This document shows, in pieces, positions 60,141 to 64,000 of a DNA stretch of 64,000 nucleotides. Made by a program: the position numbers and the translations under genes. How positions within the stretch are numbered: position 1 is the first letter of the stretch; each line of letters opens with the position of its first letter. Origin of the DNA: Hemiscyllium ocellatum (lineage: Eukaryota); contig NC_083409.1 in NCBI RefSeq assembly GCF_020745735.1, positions 24,324,048-24,388,047 of the forward strand. Direction: 5' to 3'. The notes beneath the pieces are model-generated. The model did not search any database and had not been told where the DNA came from. It saw only the letters and a program-made list of their open reading frames with translations.

Positions 60141-62154
60141 ACCGGTAAACCTGTGCTGCACCTGTCTGGGTTACAACAGCAGGAGCATCCTCATAAGAGC
60201 AGAGGAAGAACATTCATTTTAATCAGGGCTCTACAGACTAGCCATGATATTGGTAACCCCTCCCACCACTGCAAGTGGTTGGTTGATAGAAGACATTTCA
60301 CCTGGAGATTGCAGTGTAGTTAAGCTGACGGTGGAGAAGAGAGGAACATGGAGGTAGAAATGGGAATTTTTATTTTTGGTTAGATTCAGGCCAGCGTCAA
60401 AGTACAACCCTGATCAACCTGAAGGAGTGGAAGAGGTTGTTACATTTAGCAGGGGTCACATTCCTATTCTGATCATGTGAACTCTTTGCCCAATAAACCA
60501 CGTGACCCTTTTGAATAATCAAAATAACTCTTAAAGGCCTCAGCTGAAAGGTGGCGCCTACAATAGTGCAGCACTCCCCAAGTACTGTGCTGGCAGGGTC
60601 AGTGTGGATTATGTGATCACTCTCTGAACTGCAACTTGAATTCTCAAACTCCTGATTCAGAAGTGAGTGTACTACATACTGGGCAACAGCTTTCTCGATA
60701 AGTCATCTGATGTAGGCTGTCTGATTTAAAGTTTCACCATCGAGGTTGTTGATCATTCTGAAGCGCAAGGTGAATAGGTAGATAAGCAGATGTCCTCTTC
60801 TGCGGGGTAAAGGGTGGGAATGGATGTCAGTCCCAATGTTAAAGAAGCTCTGCCAATGTGGCTCAAAGCAGCTCGAGCAGAGGGGGTTTCCACCTCTGGT
60901 CCAATCCTGCAGGGAGGGGCAGTCACCCTGACAAAGAGACTGCTGCACACAGAGTTCACTGGCACGATAGATGATTCAAAGCAAGGCACTGTCTCCAATC
61001 TGAGACTGGTGAGGGCGTGGCACTTATGGCGGCAATGATGGACGATGGGCAAGACCATCCTGTGGTTGATGTCCTGAAAGTGTACAGACAAGGGATGTCT
61101 TTAATGCCGATGAAATCATACCCAGATCGCTCTTTCATGTTTAAAGATGAAATGCATCACAGCAGGAAGTGAAGTGAAGGAGCATGCCGCTGCTGTGGCC
61201 TGGGCCAATCCAATGCCAACACAGATGGCACTGAAAAGCAGCCATGTCCGGTGATGGGAAAGTCCAAGAGGTCACGTTGCTTTGTTAACATCGACCACTC
61301 ACACAGTGAGAGGCCAACAAAACTGTCCAGAACACCCTCCAGCAGGAAAGAGGACACATTGTGTCAGTGGAAAAATTGAACATAGAGCACAGAACATTAC
61401 AGCGCAGTACAGGCCCTTCGGCCCTCAATGTTGCACTGACCTGTGAAACCAATCTGAAGCCCATCCAACCTACACTATTCCATTATCATCCATATGTTTA
61501 TCCAATTACCATTTAAATGACCTTAAATTTGGCAAGTTTACTACTGTTGCAGGCAGGACATTCCATGCCCTCACTACTCTGTGTAAAGAACCTACCTCTG
61601 GCATCTGTCCTATACCTATCACCCCTCAATTTAAAGCTATGTCCCCTCATGCTAGCCATCACCATCCAAGGAAAAAGGCTCTCACTGTCCACCCCATCTA
61701 ACACTCTGATCATCTTATATGTCTCTATTAAGTTACCTTTCACCTTCTTCTCTCTAATGAAAACAGTCTCAAGTACCTCAGCCTTTCCTCATAAGACTTT
61801 CCCTCCATACCAGGCAACATCCTGGTAAATCTCCTCTGCACCCTTTGCAATGCTTCCACATCCTTCCTATAATGCAACAACCTGAACTGTATGCAATAAT
61901 TTTTTTCCTTCAAGTTTTATGTTTATATTTATTACGGTGTTGGAGAAAAGAAACATTTGATTCAAAACCAACCAAATGAAGACAATAATTTAGCAAAGTT
62001 GTAAAATTGCGTTTGCCAGAACTGTCTTTTTTCTCAGCTTAGAATGCACAATTTGCTGGAGACCAAAATCCACAGTAAAACACCAAACTTTCATCAGTTT
62101 GTTCCAATCTGACTGCAAATAGGAGATTTACATACTTGTTCAGCAAAGGATATG

Positions 62155-64000
62155 GAAGATATAGACTGTAGGGAAATAGATGGTAACATCTTGCAAAATG
62201 TCCACATAACAGAGGTGGAAAGTGCTGGATGTCTTGAAACGGTTAAAGGTGGATAAATCCCCAGGACCTGATCAGGTGTACTCGAGAACTCTGTGGGAAG
62301 CTAGAGAAGTGATTGCTGGGCCTCTTGCTGAGATATTTATATCATCGATAGTCACAGGTGAGGTGCCGGAAGACTGGAGGTTGGCTATCGTGGTGCCACT
62401 GTTAAAGAAGGGTGGTAAAGACAAGCCAGGGAACTATAGACTGGTGAGCCTGATCTCGGTGGTGGGCAAGTTGTTGGAGGGAATCCTGAGGGACAGGATG
62501 TACATGTATTTGGAAAGGCAAGGACTGATTCGGGATAGTCAACATGGCTTTGTGCGTGGGAAATCATGTCTCACAAACTTGATGGAGTTTTTTGAAGAAG
62601 TAACAAAGAAGATTGATGAGGGCAGAATGGTAGATGTGATCTATATGGACTTCAGTAAGGCATTCGACAAGGTCCCCCATGGGAGACTGATAAGCAAGGT
62701 TAGATCTCATGGAATACAGGGAGAACTAGACATTTGGATAAAAAACTGGCTCAAAGGTAGAAGACAGGGGGTGGTGGTGGACAGTTGTTTTTCAGACTGG
62801 AGGCCTGTGACCAGTGGAGTGCCATAAGGATCGGTGCTGGGTCCTCTACTTTTTGTCATTTACAAAAATGATTTGGATGTGAGCATAAGAGGTACAGTTA
62901 GTAAGTTTGCAGATGACACCAAAATTGGAGGTGTAGTAGACAGCGAAGAGGGTTACCTCAGATTACAACAGGATCTGGACCAGATGGGCCAATTGGCTGA
63001 GGAGTGGCAGATGGAATTTAATTCAGATAAATGCAAGGTGCTGCATTTTGGGAAAGCAAATCTTAACAGGACGTATACACTTAATGGTAAGGTCCTAGGG
63101 AGTGTTGCTGAAGAAAGAGACCTTGGAATGCAGGTTCATAGCTCCTTGAAAGTGGAGTCGCAGGTAGATAGTATGGGATATAGGTAAAGTAGTGTTACTT
63201 CTGCAATCATAATTACTTATGCAAGGTAAATGCACTCACACCAGTGTATAATTGTTTCAACCAAGAGCTGAGTCAACAAGAATGAAAACTATGTGGAGGA
63301 AATATATAATTGTTTTTGTATTAGCCTAAAATGTGCATACAAGAATAAACATGCCTGCAAACAATAGTAGATGTTACAGACAAATAAATCAGGTGCTGTG
63401 AGGGTGTAGGTTAAGCCAGATGTGCCTGTATAAGCAGTAGTTATAAGCATCTGTTTCCCACTTTTGCAAAAACACAAAAACAAACCCCAATTGAAAGGTC
63501 ATAAGGATCAATATGGTTGGGGAAAGGGAGGAAATGTCACAGGTGGGGGAAGTAGATAGTAGTGAAGGAGGAAATATCTAACAATGGGCCACAGCAGGAT
63601 ATAGTGAAATGGCCAAGTAAAACTTGTACTTTGTTATGCACAAGGCTGGATAAGGCAAGAGATAAGCAATAGTAATGGACACCGGGTTTGGAGTAGTGGA
63701 TCCTATATAAGATATGTACTTGCTAAATTCTGTGTGCCCTACGTCAGGCACCACGCTTGCAAGCGTATAATAAACATACTGATTGCTTCAGAACTTGTCT
63801 CGGACTGAAATTATTGAAGTGAGTGAGCTTTGTTTCTCACAATGTGATAGTGAAGGCGGCATTTGGTATGGGCTCCTTTATTGGTCAGAGTATTGAGTAC
63901 AGGAGTTGGGAGGTCATGTTGCAGCTGTACAGGACATTGGTTAGGCCACTGTTGGAATATTGTGTGCAATTCTGGTCTCCTTCCTATCGGAAAGATGTTG
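62155..64000 (+). mobile_element. Young CR1-type LINE ORF2 (RT), one premature stop, interrupted by a solo LTR; continues past the window
   Basis: KSPGPD...PGNYRLVSLISVVGKLLE...SQHGFVRGKSCLTNL...DFSKAFDKVPH...SGVP*GSVLGPLLF...KFADDTKIGG (ORFs 62222-62827, 62834-63187). Resumes at ~63846. Confidence 0.95.
63172..63841 (+). mobile_element. Solo LTR (family of 4874-5580)
   Basis: TATGGGATA start (TG>TA), TTTCTCACA end, TATATAA 63704-63710, AATAAA 63769-63774. Splits the CR1 ORF. TSD not clean. Confidence 0.8.

Noticed and set aside
60700-61350. Coding-like segment (ORFs 60753-61091, 60814-61038)
   Set aside because: No splice-bounded exon or recognisable motif; probably a decayed retroelement, but I could not classify it.

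Overview
Repeat-dense cartilaginous-fish (shark, probably carpet-shark lineage) genomic DNA. The assignment rests on HE1-type SINEs, CR1 and Penelope elements and a nurse-shark-like kappa light chain. Two host genes lie tail to tail. (1) An immunoglobulin kappa-type (NS4/type III) light-chain cluster on + (leader 13584, V fused to J 13819-14147, C 25010-25323) is pre-joined in the genome, has no RSS left, and is disabled by a -1 nt junction and frameshifts in C. (2) An apparently intact RNASEL gene on - has 6 coding exons (54061 to 33456, 2439 nt, 812 aa by my splice model), with all splice phases compatible. Compared with mammalian RNase L, the shark protein keeps the 2-5A contact residues and the RNase catalytic motif. 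It also has extra ankyrin repeats and a much less eroded, IRE1-like kinase domain (HRD, activation/P+1 segment, ASE). A CpG-rich ISRE promoter at ~58.3 kb may be bidirectional, with an unidentified Cys-rich ORF on +. The rest is an ERV env/LTR remnant, solo LTRs, Penelope fragments carrying minimal hammerhead-ribozyme cores (one forming a perfect 89-bp hairpin in an RNASEL intron), an orphan CpG promoter-like motif cluster at ~6 kb, a 43-bp minisatellite and many LINE/SINE fragments. Most entries in the supplied ORF track are repeat-derived or shadow frames. All homology calls are by eye and from memory; no searches were run.
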